Of a stretch of DNA of 64,000 nt, positions 45,054-54,665 are shown one piece after another. Every line of letters begins with the position of its first letter. Within the stretch, counting starts at the first letter, position 1. Source of the DNA: a virus; IMG/VR virus record IMGVR_UViG_3300002334_000292; one strand, written 5' to 3'. The notes under the pieces were generated by a model. The model was given only the letters and a program-made list of their open reading frames with translations, was not told where the DNA came from and made no database searches. The position numbers and the translations under genes are program-made.

Positions 45054-48000
45054 CTAAGCCACTTCTTGCTCGTCGTCAAGCCATGTTTCAGCAAAGATTG
45101 AAGGATGGTTAACTCTCATTTCAGAGAGTGGAGGAAAGACGTAGCACCAGATCGGATTGGCATATGATGCTACGCGCCTTCGAGAAGTGACAACATCTTC
45201 GAAAGTCTGATTCATATATTTCTTGCACTCTTTAATGAAAGAAGTATGTGGATTAGATCGAGTATTATGTTTCCACCACGCATGCATAACACTGTGGGGC
45301 ACCAGAGTTTCCTCGTCTTCTGAGAAAACAATCTCATCCAAATCATCGGCGTACTGCGAAGAAGGAAGGGCCTCTCCTTGATAAAGCGCATCGTCCAACC
45401 ATTTTTCCCAGTGAGGCTTGTTCTGAGAAATCTGTTCGTGGAGCCAAGGAGTGACTGGCGGCTTGAAGAAATAAGCTTTCCACCCTTCTTTCGGCTCAGG
45501 CCAATTTGTTAAAATGTGCATGAGTTTACCGTACCCATCTTCATTCAACATTTGATCCATTAGGGCTCCGAAATGTTCTGGATTACCACAAAGAGTTGAG
45601 AGGCATTTCAGCACAAAGAAGCGGCGTTCATCTTTGGTCGCTGGAACAACGAAGCCAGCATTTGCCGTGCAAGCAAAACGTCGATAGTTTGGAATTTCCA
45701 TATCATCGACACCCTTCAATTTGAGAGTGAATGAATTGCTGGTGATTGCATCTTTGAGGTTTGCTTCTACTGTGCGGTCGCCACCCCAGAATGCTTCTGT
45801 CATGACAACGAGCAATTTGTTTTCGACGCGCGCATTGAAGTGACCAAACACTGTTTTCATATCGGCGGTTTTCATTCCATATGGATGTAGTAAAATATTT
45901 GCAAATATTTCTTCCATGACAATAGATTTACCACAACCTTTATCTCCGTGAATTACGATTGCGCAACCCGGGATACCCTCCGGCACCTGAATGATATGGG
46001 CAAACCAAGACATAAAGAAGTCATACCATACATCATTTGAGTGACACATATTTTCATAGATGTGATCAAGCAGCATGTCACAATTGCCATCTTCTTTTTC
46101 TTCAACGGCAAATCCGTTCCAAAGATTATAGGTCTTTCCCAGACCGTCAACATCATCTTTCATAATATTTCCTCCGCTTGGATCAAAAACCAGAGACGAA
46201 TATTCGCGCCGATCTGCCCAGTCAAGCCACACATCTGCAGCATTCTTTTGTATTGTATTGCCTTGAGCAACATCAAATACGTCAAGCATTTTATTGCGGT
46301 GACGGATATTAAAATCGTATGGCACCATTGTGGTGATAGAGTTTTTTGCAGGATCGCGCCGATAGGCTTTGTCGTACATTATGATCGTGCGCCCGTTCAT
46401 AGTGACCATTGCATGACGTTCATTCATGATGCGCAAATTCTGTTTGACTTCTTTGTCGTAACGCTTATCAGCGGTGCCAAATTCTTCCTCGGCCAACTGC
46501 TTAATCACATCCTTTACCTGCTTCGCAACAGTCCGCTTACCGAAGCCACTATTATCGGAGATTTGAGACACATGCAGATCATTCATGGCAGAAGATAACT
46601 CCAATCCAATCAAGCGCTTAATAGCGTCGATCAGGGCAGCTTCTTTCTTTTCAGGCATGTCAGAAATAAGTGATAGAAAATCCTGATAGTCCTCGGATAG
46701 GTTGTCGAATTCGTCTTTTGATACATTCAGATTACCAATTTTTTCTGTGTAGAGACCTGAGTCTTCAATCTCTGTTTCTTCGTCGAGCAAATCAGACAAA
46801 CTATTTGCCGAGCCAGAGCCATCCAAGCCGGGGACGAATTCCATAAGCTCGTCAAACTCTATGCCCTCGTCATGCAGGAATGAATCCAAATGCATGGAAT
46901 ACTTGTATCCTTTGCAGCTGGTATGCATGCAGTGGATAAAGGCTGTGTCGTATTGTTCCCCGGCGTCAGCTACACAGAATCCAGTCTTGTCATTCGGATC
47001 GGAATGCCCACCAATGAAGGTGCATTCAAATGTACCTTTGCCAGCCTTTTCCTCGGAATGCTTGACACCGTAGGTTTCCCAAAATTCATAGGCAAGAAAG
47101 TTTTTGCCATGCTTTTTGAGGAAGCCTTCTACGCGCTTGTCATGAAAATCGTAATCGAAATAATCACCCTCTTCATCGCCGCCAGAACTCATCGCTTCTT
47201 GATCCAGCCATTCATTGCCGGTCATTTTTATGTAGCCAGATGGGTTGCCATCTTTGATAGACATCAAGTCCAGCAACTCGCCATTAATCAAATGGGATTC
47301 AAATGGAGCATCTTCTTTGTGGCGTCCACGATAAAACAACCGAGAGACATCGGTGCAAGAAGCATCAAATTCAATTTTCAGCTGCTGCGCTACCCCGGCG
47401 TACTTCTTAGCCCAAATAGCAAAGCCCTCATCTTGTGAGCCAGCGACCTCTCCCGGGAGAAAGGGCTCATACAAAGGGAACACCGCTCGGTATTTATCCA
47501 TAGGACTATGACTCACAACAGCCACGCGCCCATAGCGAGTCGACTCCAGCGAGACTTCGAATTTGTCAAGAACCCCGGGGTGATATTTTTTCTCTTCAAG
47601 CAGATATTTACGCACATCATCAGCGTCGATATCATTCTCATCTTTGTCCAACTTCAATTTCATTTTGATAGTCTTGAGAAGAATATTTTCCTCGGTATTG
47701 CCATGCGAGTTGGAAGTGTATACGAGAGCAAATAGATCATTTTCTTTGATCCGTTCAATCATTTTGTCGATGGGAAATCCGTTGTCGATGTCGAGAGATA
47801 TGAAGTTCATTTCGACCATTGCTTTTTTCAAACGCTGGATGCGATCTTCGGCTAAACACCCCTGTAGAAATGACAGGCCATCCTTCGTCCCTACTTCATG
47901 CACAAGGTTGCCAGCAAGGAATTCGAAGAAGGTGAATTCTTGTGTACGCCAATTTTTGTCTTTGGAATTTCGCCCGATAGAAATGGTGACTTTATCCTGC

Positions 48001-48071
48001 ATCCATTCTGGGAACTCATTTGAATTTTTGCCGAAGCCGTGAAAGATTGCGTGATCAATACCTGATGTCAT
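45054..48071 (-). CDS. DNA primase/helicase (P4/D5-type with SF3 P-loop)
   Basis: Walker A IHGDKGCGKS, Walker B LLVVMTE; 1005 aa. Confidence 0.75.
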   Translation of the reverse strand: MTSGIDHAIFHGFGKNSNEFPEWMQDKVTISIGRNSKDKNWRTQEFTFFEFLAGNLVHEVGTKDGLSFLQGCLAEDRIQRLKKAMVEMNFISLDIDNGFPIDKMIERIKENDLFALVYTSNSHGNTEENILLKTIKMKLKLDKDENDIDADDVRKYLLEEKKYHPGVLDKFEVSLESTRYGRVAVVSHSPMDKYRAVFPLYEPFLPGEVAGSQDEGFAIWAKKYAGVAQQLKIEFDASCTDVSRLFYRGRHKEDAPFESHLINGELLDLMSIKDGNPSGYIKMTGNEWLDQEAMSSGGDEEGDYFDYDFHDKRVEGFLKKHGKNFLAYEFWETYGVKHSEEKAGKGTFECTFIGGHSDPNDKTGFCVADAGEQYDTAFIHCMHTSCKGYKYSMHLDSFLHDEGIEFDELMEFVPGLDGSGSANSLSDLLDEETEIEDSGLYTEKIGNLNVSKDEFDNLSEDYQDFLSLISDMPEKKEAALIDAIKRLIGLELSSAMNDLHVSQISDNSGFGKRTVAKQVKDVIKQLAEEEFGTADKRYDKEVKQNLRIMNERHAMVTMNGRTIIMYDKAYRRDPAKNSITTMVPYDFNIRHRNKMLDVFDVAQGNTIQKNAADVWLDWADRREYSSLVFDPSGGNIMKDDVDGLGKTYNLWNGFAVEEKEDGNCDMLLDHIYENMCHSNDVWYDFFMSWFAHIIQVPEGIPGCAIVIHGDKGCGKSIVMEEIFANILLHPYGMKTADMKTVFGHFNARVENKLLVVMTEAFWGGDRTVEANLKDAITSNSFTLKLKGVDDMEIPNYRRFACTANAGFVVPATKDERRFFVLKCLSTLCGNPEHFGALMDQMLNEDGYGKLMHILTNWPEPKEGWKAYFFKPPVTPWLHEQISQNKPHWEKWLDDALYQGEALPSSQYADDLDEIVFSEDEETLVPHSVMHAWWKHNTRSNPHTSFIKECKKYMNQTFEDVVTSRRRVASYANPIWCYVFPPLSEMRVNHPSIFAETWLDDEQEVA

Positions 48072-48196
48072 AAAAACCTACTTACGTTCAAAATCTGATA
48101 CTGGGATATACCACGCAAAATTAACTATGACAAGAAAAAACTTGCAACGGTTTCAACTTTCTTGCTATAAAGTAAGCTGAAATTAAGGATTTATTA

Positions 48197-48373
48197 TGGC
48201 TAAAGCATTTACTAACCCCAACTTAGAATGCCTATGCGCGCGCGTCCCAATAGACAAGTCGATGCTGATTGTTACCAAAGAACGCCGCCTCGTTGCAGCG
48301 TTCCATAAAGATTGCCCGGAACATGGCTGGAAAGAAACAATCCCTAAGAATGCGGTCGTCATCGTCCGTTAAC
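48197..48373 (+). CDS. small hypothetical protein (58 aa)
   Basis: AAGGA RBS; TTGCAA-N18-TATAAA promoter-like sequence upstream. Confidence 0.35.
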
Positions 48374-48398
48374 CATTCTAAGAAAATAACGTTGTATT
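48368..48398 (+). promoter_or_regulatory. Conserved motif copy 3: TTCTAAGAA-N12-TTCTTAGAA perfect inverted repeat
   Basis: Seen in sequence. Confidence 0.45.
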
Positions 48399-48455
48399 CT
48401 TAGAACATTAATCCTAGATTGAGAGGGAGTTACTACCACTTACTAGGAGTTACTA

Positions 48456-49043
48456 ATGACAATCAAACGTGCAAAAGTTTTGACAGACAAACAATTCAGC
48501 AAACTGATGAAGCACCTCGCGGAGGGATTAAACCCAGAGCGCGACCATGTGATGTTTGCTCTCTCATTTAAGTGCGGACTGCGCGCACAGGAGATTGCCG
48601 GGTTGAACTGGATTGACGTGACGGACGCCGAGGGGAACATCTACAAGCCGGATACAATGATCGAGTTGCCCCACTCAATTACGAAAGGCTCCGTGACAGA
48701 GGGTAAAATCATCATGCACAAGTTGGTATATAACACATTGAAGAATCTGCGCAAAGCAAATTTGTCTGAATTTCTTATGCCAGCGCCACGCTCACCTTCT
48801 GGGCGCATGTCCACAAACAACGTGACAGTTTATATGCATGCCGTGTTCAAGAAGCTCGGTTATGTTGGCTGCTCCAGCCACTCCGGGCGGCGCACGTTTG
48901 GCACAAAGTTGGCGCGTATTGCCAACAAGCAAGGAGGCTCTTTCGTGGATGTGAAAGATTTACTCCGCCACAAAGACATTCGAACGACACGAGCATATGT
49001 TGATTCTAGTGACACGCAGAAGAAGATGATTGCCGCAATATAA
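48456..49043 (+). CDS. tyrosine recombinase (catalytic domain only, 195 aa)
   Basis: Box I LRAQEIAGL, HSGRRTFGT (HxxR), C-terminal LLRHKDIRTTRAYVD with candidate Tyr. Confidence 0.6.
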   Translation: MTIKRAKVLTDKQFSKLMKHLAEGLNPERDHVMFALSFKCGLRAQEIAGLNWIDVTDAEGNIYKPDTMIELPHSITKGSVTEGKIIMHKLVYNTLKNLRKANLSEFLMPAPRSPSGRMSTNNVTVYMHAVFKKLGYVGCSSHSGRRTFGTKLARIANKQGGSFVDVKDLLRHKDIRTTRAYVDSSDTQKKMIAAI

Positions 49044-49123
49044 TTGGTAAACAAAAATAGTTAACATGCTTGACTTAATGGTTGGTTGTGTGCAATATGC
49101 GCGCAACCGATTAGGAGTCTATC

Positions 49124-49615
49124 ATGAATTTAGAAGACATGCACATAGCAGACGACCTACACAATGCCAAACTATTGAATCACATAGCAGATGATCGAAT
49201 TGCGGTAAGAGATTTACTTGATCTGTATATTGGACCAGTCATTGGCTATGGAGTTTCCCGCACTGTCTTTCATGATTTCTTAGATAGCAACTGTGTTCTA
49301 AAATACGACCATGATGATCAACATGCGAATGTGCGTGAATGGGCTATATGGGAAGAATTACGAGACGCGCCGAGATATGCAAAATGGTTGGCTCCATGCA
49401 TGCGGATATCACCATGCGGTAAATGGCTCATCCAGAAAATGACTACGCCAGTTGATAAATGGCCTAAGAAAATTCCCAAATTTATAAACGCCGATACTAA
49501 GCGAGGAAACTTTGGCCTTCTCGATGGGCAATTGGTATGCCATGATTATGCTTATTTGAGCGTAATGCGCCACAACGAAAATCTCCTGAAACTAACTGAC
49601 GTGAAATGGTGGTGA
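49124..49615 (+). CDS. hypothetical protein
   Basis: ORF. Confidence 0.45.
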   Translation: MNLEDMHIADDLHNAKLLNHIADDRIAVRDLLDLYIGPVIGYGVSRTVFHDFLDSNCVLKYDHDDQHANVREWAIWEELRDAPRYAKWLAPCMRISPCGKWLIQKMTTPVDKWPKKIPKFINADTKRGNFGLLDGQLVCHDYAYLSVMRHNENLLKLTDVKWW

Positions 49616-51381
49616 GAATTGAACACGCCGGTGGCGGAAGATATATTGCCTACATATCCCTAGAACAGCGACACGAATTTAAACGCGCTGGCTGGATTTG
49701 GGATAGCGTTATCAAAAAATGGACAACAGTAAAAATCAGCCTTGCTGCAGAGTGGGCTGATTTTGCTGTTGGAGATGCGCGTCCACTTCTCCAAGCATAT
49801 AAAGACGGACTGTCCGGCGCTGTCGCTGACTCCATGGCGCACGATGCCGATATAGGTGTGCCTTCACCCGAAGGTTTAGATTACGCCCCATTCCAACGAG
49901 CCGGTATTTCATATGCCCTGCAGCGTAAAGACACACTAATTGCTGATCCACCGGGCACCGGCAAGACCATACAAGCAATCGGGATCAACAACGCAATTGG
50001 CGCGCGCAATGTCCTTGTCCTCTGCCCTGCATACTTAAAACTCAATTGGAAAAGAGAATACGAAAGATGGGATACGCATGGGCGCTCCGTGGGGATCGTC
50101 ACGACAGTTCAGCAGGATAAGCTAGACAAAGATGGCAATGTCATGCGCAAAGAGTCCAAGATTAAAGGGCGTCTTGGTGCAAAAATAAAAGAGACTGTTC
50201 TGGTGTATCCAGATACTGACGTTGTGATAATCAATGATGCTCTCATGGAACGATGCCAGCAATACATCAAGAATAAGATGTGGGATTCATTTATCGCAGA
50301 TGAGTGCGAGGCATACAAAAATCCAAAAGCAGCAAGATCGCAGCAGGTATGGGGTGGAGGTTATGGAAAGAAGCGCATACCTCCAGTTGCATCCAAGCGG
50401 CGCACATTTTTGACCGGCACACCACTTAATAAAAATCCTTTAGACATGTGGGTATACTGCAAGCATTTTGATCCGAGAGGCCTCGGTTCGAACTGGCGCA
50501 CATATATGTTCAGATATTGCGATGCCTACGAAAGTGACTTTGGCCTTGACGTAACTGGATCATCAAATCTTGAAGAATTGAACTTCAAGATGAGAGAAGC
50601 CTTCATGGTGCGCCGGGACAAAATCGACATCATGCATGAGCTGCCACCGAAGCGCAGAGAGATTATCATGTTAGCCGATGATGGCATTCTTGATAAGGTC
50701 AACCGAGAAGTGAATAAAATTGCCGACCTTCTTGATGAGTTCAAGGAGATGGTTGGAGCAATCGATTTAGATGATCAGCAAGAGACACTTGACGCTATGC
50801 TGACATTATTCCCGGAAGACTTGGAAGGTAAAAGCTACGCCGAAATAGCTGGGCTTATGACCAACAAGCAAGCTGCAGCGTTTGACGAAATATCACTTGT
50901 TAGAAAAGCCCTGGCTGTCGCGAAAGTACCGATGGTCAAGGAGCATGTGAGCAAATTGGTTGAGTTCGGCGAGAAAGTAATCGTCTTTGCGCATCACAAT
51001 GATGTGGCCGATGCATTGAGAAAACACTTCCCTGACTTCGCATTTATTTCCGGCAAAGTACCAGCAATGAAACGCCAAGCACAAGTGGACAGACTTCAAG
51101 ACGATCCAGATTGCCCGGGCATAATCTGCACAATTGGCTCCGGTGGCGTAGGGTTTACAATGACCGCCGCGCGTTATGTGGTGTTCTCAGAAATGACTTG
51201 GCTCCCTACACAAATGGAGCAAGCAGAGGATAGGGCATGGCGCTGGGGACAGGATAATAATGTTGTTGCTCAATACCTTGTAGTGAATGGTTCGCTCGAC
51301 GCAAGGTTCATGGAATTACTAGTAGAACGCATGGATATTATCGAGAGAGCGTTGTCAGCTAAAAAAGCTAAGAAGGGTTGA
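49606..51381 (+). CDS. SNF2-family helicase
   Basis: GTGKT (motif I), DECE (motif II), LTGTPLNKNPLD (motif III), QAEDRAWRWGQ (motif VI). Confidence 0.8.
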   Translation: MVVRIEHAGGGRYIAYISLEQRHEFKRAGWIWDSVIKKWTTVKISLAAEWADFAVGDARPLLQAYKDGLSGAVADSMAHDADIGVPSPEGLDYAPFQRAGISYALQRKDTLIADPPGTGKTIQAIGINNAIGARNVLVLCPAYLKLNWKREYERWDTHGRSVGIVTTVQQDKLDKDGNVMRKESKIKGRLGAKIKETVLVYPDTDVVIINDALMERCQQYIKNKMWDSFIADECEAYKNPKAARSQQVWGGGYGKKRIPPVASKRRTFLTGTPLNKNPLDMWVYCKHFDPRGLGSNWRTYMFRYCDAYESDFGLDVTGSSNLEELNFKMREAFMVRRDKIDIMHELPPKRREIIMLADDGILDKVNREVNKIADLLDEFKEMVGAIDLDDQQETLDAMLTLFPEDLEGKSYAEIAGLMTNKQAAAFDEISLVRKALAVAKVPMVKEHVSKLVEFGEKVIVFAHHNDVADALRKHFPDFAFISGKVPAMKRQAQVDRLQDDPDCPGIICTIGSGGVGFTMTAARYVVFSEMTWLPTQMEQAEDRAWRWGQDNNVVAQYLVVNGSLDARFMELLVERMDIIERALSAKKAKKG

Positions 51382-51438
51382 CACTGGTTAACAGAAATAG
51401 TAAATAGAGATGATTAATGTCAGACGGAAGGTTTTCAA

Positions 51439-52101
51439 ATGACAAAGAGTATCGACACAAGATTGAATTTTCGCACAGTAACGCAACTCATCGAATTAGA
51501 TGAATTTGATGTCACAAAGGTCAGTATTTTAGACATAGCAGAAGGCCTCTGCAAAGCCAACCGATACTCAGGTCAATATGAAGGCGACCATATGTGTTCT
51601 GTCGCACAACATTCCGTTCATGTCTCTATGATGATCGAGCAGGAGATGTCCGATCCACGCGCTGGGTCTTTCCATACCGCCGATTACGAACGTAAACACA
51701 TCGACTGCATGGCGATGATGGGCTTGATCCACGATGGGTCCGAAGCTTACATGGGCGACATGGCAACGCCTTTCAAAAAGAAAATGCCGGACTTTCAAAT
51801 CATTGAAGAACAATTTCAAAACGCAATCTACGAAAGATATCTCGGCAAGGTGCTGACTGAGGAAGAAGAAAATCTTCTCAAGTTGTATGATTTCCGAGTG
51901 TTTAATATGGAGTGCCGTGCGCTCATGCGTCCGTGCGTTGATGATCAAAACATCATTGGAACAATGTTCGCCGGTGAAACATTCGAAACAACTTTCGGTC
52001 ATCGTGTTGCCTGGTGGGATATCCCGCTCGCTCGCACCAGATTTCTCGAACGGTATGTTGATCTATCAAACCGTTTAAACATTCTGGCGGACGCAGCATA
52101 A
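51439..52101 (+). CDS. HD-domain phosphohydrolase (putative dNMP nucleotidase)
   Basis: H...HD...D pattern (HSVHVSM...LIHDGSEAYMGD). Confidence 0.55.
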   Translation: MTKSIDTRLNFRTVTQLIELDEFDVTKVSILDIAEGLCKANRYSGQYEGDHMCSVAQHSVHVSMMIEQEMSDPRAGSFHTADYERKHIDCMAMMGLIHDGSEAYMGDMATPFKKKMPDFQIIEEQFQNAIYERYLGKVLTEEEENLLKLYDFRVFNMECRALMRPCVDDQNIIGTMFAGETFETTFGHRVAWWDIPLARTRFLERYVDLSNRLNILADAA

Positions 52102-52706
52102 TGTCACAAATTCCTAATACAGACCCAGCAATGTCGAAGTCCAATTTCGACCGCATCGACAATGACTTTTATCCAACGCCAAGTTGGATAACTAAGAATG
52201 CTATTATGATCATGGAAGATGAAATGATCCTGCGCTCCGATGATTTGATTTGGGAATGTGCAGACGGTCAAGGGCATATATCCGATGTGTTTAAGAAGCA
52301 CGGATACAATGTGCTTCAAACAGACTTAAACCCTCAATTAGAAGGCGTTGCTACTTCTGACTTTCTGAAAGAATATAAGACGTATCACTCAGGCATGATT
52401 TTTACCAATCCACCCTACGGACCGCTTGCGGAGGAATTCATCCGGCATGCGTTGAAATTGATGAAGGGCTGTCAAGGTAAAGTGGGAATGATACTCAGGA
52501 ATGAATTTGATTGTGGCAAAAACCGTATGGATATTTTCTCGCATCATCCGGCATTTCGTGCTAAAATAGTTCTCACGACTCGCCCAAGATGGATCGAAGG
52601 CACTACAGGTAGCCCTCGCCACAACTTCTCAATATTCATTTGGGATTGGGCGCACACAGGCCCAGCAGAATTATTTTACATGAACAAAAATTCAGACTTA
52701 AACTAG
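52101..52706 (+). CDS. DNA N6-adenine/N4-cytosine methyltransferase (NPPY)
   Basis: FTNPPYG motif IV and DFYPTP; TAATG overlap. Confidence 0.6.
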   Translation: MSQIPNTDPAMSKSNFDRIDNDFYPTPSWITKNAIMIMEDEMILRSDDLIWECADGQGHISDVFKKHGYNVLQTDLNPQLEGVATSDFLKEYKTYHSGMIFTNPPYGPLAEEFIRHALKLMKGCQGKVGMILRNEFDCGKNRMDIFSHHPAFRAKIVLTTRPRWIEGTTGSPRHNFSIFIWDWAHTGPAELFYMNKNSDLN

Positions 52707-52720
52707 CAGGACTCTCCCCA

Positions 52721-54367
52721 ATGACCAAGAAAAACAAAAAGACACCACAGTACGATTTTGCCAACATGACATACGGAGAGTTTCAAGACCTCTATGAAAA
52801 ATATGGTTCGGAGCGCAAGACGGTGAAAGCCCTCGGCATCAAACGCACCACTCTCCAGAACTATAAAAAATCAGCATACAAAAGAATGTTCACGGCACAG
52901 CGCATGGAAGATGCCACAATCATCTTGCCGACCGATCAGGTCCAGGTTTTTATCCTCTCCGCCGCGCAAGACTCTTCAAAAGTCCACAAAGGTTTCTTGA
53001 AAAACATCGAAGCGTATGCCCAGCACCGCAACGCTGAAATCATGATCGCTGGTTACACCTACAACAAATCAATGTTCGAGGATCATTCAAAAGCTGCTGG
53101 CGTTTATGAAAGCTGCCTTGGACCATACCTGATTTCAGATCGCGTGATGTTCGGTGAAGACCTGATGTTCTGCGCCGAGGTGAACACGCTGCCAACGGCT
53201 GTCAATCCACTATCTGGCATGGCTACATATACCGGTCAGGCATCTGGAGTGTTCCCACATGCAAAGTATCATCTGGATTCAATCCCCGTTGACAAAGAAT
53301 CTAATACCAAGATCATCCAGACCACCGGCACCATGACGTACCCGAATTATGTGCAGAAGAAAGCCGGTCAGAAAGCCGAACACTATCACGAAATTGGTGC
53401 CTCGGTTGTCGAGCTACTTCCTGATGGTCGTTTCTTCGTGCGCCACATTGCTGCTGGCAAGAACGGTGATTTCCAAGACCTTGGCTACAAAGTTGAATCT
53501 GGCAAGGTCACCGAAGGGCATCGCGTTATGGCGGTCACTTGGGGTGACATTCACCACGAGAAGAAAGACGATGTGATCAATTATGCATGTTGGGGCGTAG
53601 GACCTGATATTGGTTCTCCTTACCTCACCATGGCAGACGAACTGCGCCCTGAATTCAGTTTCATTCACGACATCATCGACTTCAAACCGCGCAACCACCA
53701 CAACATCAAAGACCCTCATTTCATGTACGAGATGCACATCAGGGGTGAAGCGAACGTCGAAGATACTCTGGCAGAGGCAGCGGATTTCCTCCACAGCATT
53801 TGTCACCCAGATACGAAGACCGTTGTTGTCCAATCAAATCACGATCTGGCACTGATGACCTGGCTGAAAACTGCCGACTACCGGATCGATCCAGAGAATG
53901 CCGAGTTCTTCTTGCGCACCCAAGCAGAGGTGTATTCTGCCATCAAAGCCAACAACAAAGATTTCCAAGTATTGGCTTGGGCATTCTACCGGTCTTGTGC
54001 TGATCTGAATGTAAAATGGTTGGTCGAAGATGAATCATTCACCATTGCCAATGGCATCCAATGTGGTTGCCATGGACATCTTGGAGCCAATGGTTCTAGA
54101 GGTAACCCTATGCAGTTCTCTCGTACTGGCCGCCGAAGTAATACTGCACATACCCACTCAGCTACTGTTAGAGATGGCGCATGGGTAGCCGGTGTATCTG
54201 GCTCTTTAGATATGGGTTATAACAAAGGTTTATCTAGCTGGTCTCATTCTCACATTATTACTTTGCAAACAGGTAAGCGGCAAATGGTTACACAGTATCC
54301 AGACGGTCTTTGGTGCGCCGATGCACTGCAAGACGCATTACAAACAGATTGGCCTCAGTATGGATAG
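52721..54367 (+). CDS. calcineurin-like metallophosphoesterase (possible nuclease)
   Basis: GDIHHE, SNHD, GCHGH, HTHS motifs; start re-picked at the ATG at 52721. Confidence 0.5.
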   Translation: MTKKNKKTPQYDFANMTYGEFQDLYEKYGSERKTVKALGIKRTTLQNYKKSAYKRMFTAQRMEDATIILPTDQVQVFILSAAQDSSKVHKGFLKNIEAYAQHRNAEIMIAGYTYNKSMFEDHSKAAGVYESCLGPYLISDRVMFGEDLMFCAEVNTLPTAVNPLSGMATYTGQASGVFPHAKYHLDSIPVDKESNTKIIQTTGTMTYPNYVQKKAGQKAEHYHEIGASVVELLPDGRFFVRHIAAGKNGDFQDLGYKVESGKVTEGHRVMAVTWGDIHHEKKDDVINYACWGVGPDIGSPYLTMADELRPEFSFIHDIIDFKPRNHHNIKDPHFMYEMHIRGEANVEDTLAEAADFLHSICHPDTKTVVVQSNHDLALMTWLKTADYRIDPENAEFFLRTQAEVYSAIKANNKDFQVLAWAFYRSCADLNVKWLVEDESFTIANGIQCGCHGHLGANGSRGNPMQFSRTGRRSNTAHTHSATVRDGAWVAGVSGSLDMGYNKGLSSWSHSHIITLQTGKRQMVTQYPDGLWCADALQDALQTDWPQYG

Positions 54368-54665
54368 ATTATTTAAATTATTCTCTTTCGAAAAGAAGCC
54401 AGAACCAGAAGTTTTCGTTAGAAGGCTCGGTGTTATTCTGGTAATCCCTAACTATTCTATGGTTAGTACAGCCGCACGTTTTTGGAAAAGCAACGGTAAC
54501 AACAGAGGTTTTTTCCGTGTTGTAACTCCTCGCACATCAGTGATTGGATTGAGAGCAGATGTAATAATCAATCTGGCTCAGAAAACTGAAAGAAACAAAG
54601 ACTGGTTTCGCTATGATCTAGCAACGAGACTTGCCCCTAATGGATTATTTTTGGACCTAGCATAA
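54360..54665 (+). CDS. hypothetical protein
   Basis: ORF overlapping the upstream stop. Confidence 0.4.
   Translation: MDRLFKLFSFEKKPEPEVFVRRLGVILVIPNYSMVSTAARFWKSNGNNRGFFRVVTPRTSVIGLRADVIINLAQKTERNKDWFRYDLATRLAPNGLFLDLA

Noticed and set aside
45953-47438. Several track ORFs on both strands inside the primase/helicase gene (45953-46156, 46041-46598, 46861-47073, 46890-47438)
   Set aside because: They are antisense to, or out of frame with, a 1005-aa gene carrying clear Walker motifs; overlapping shadow ORFs.
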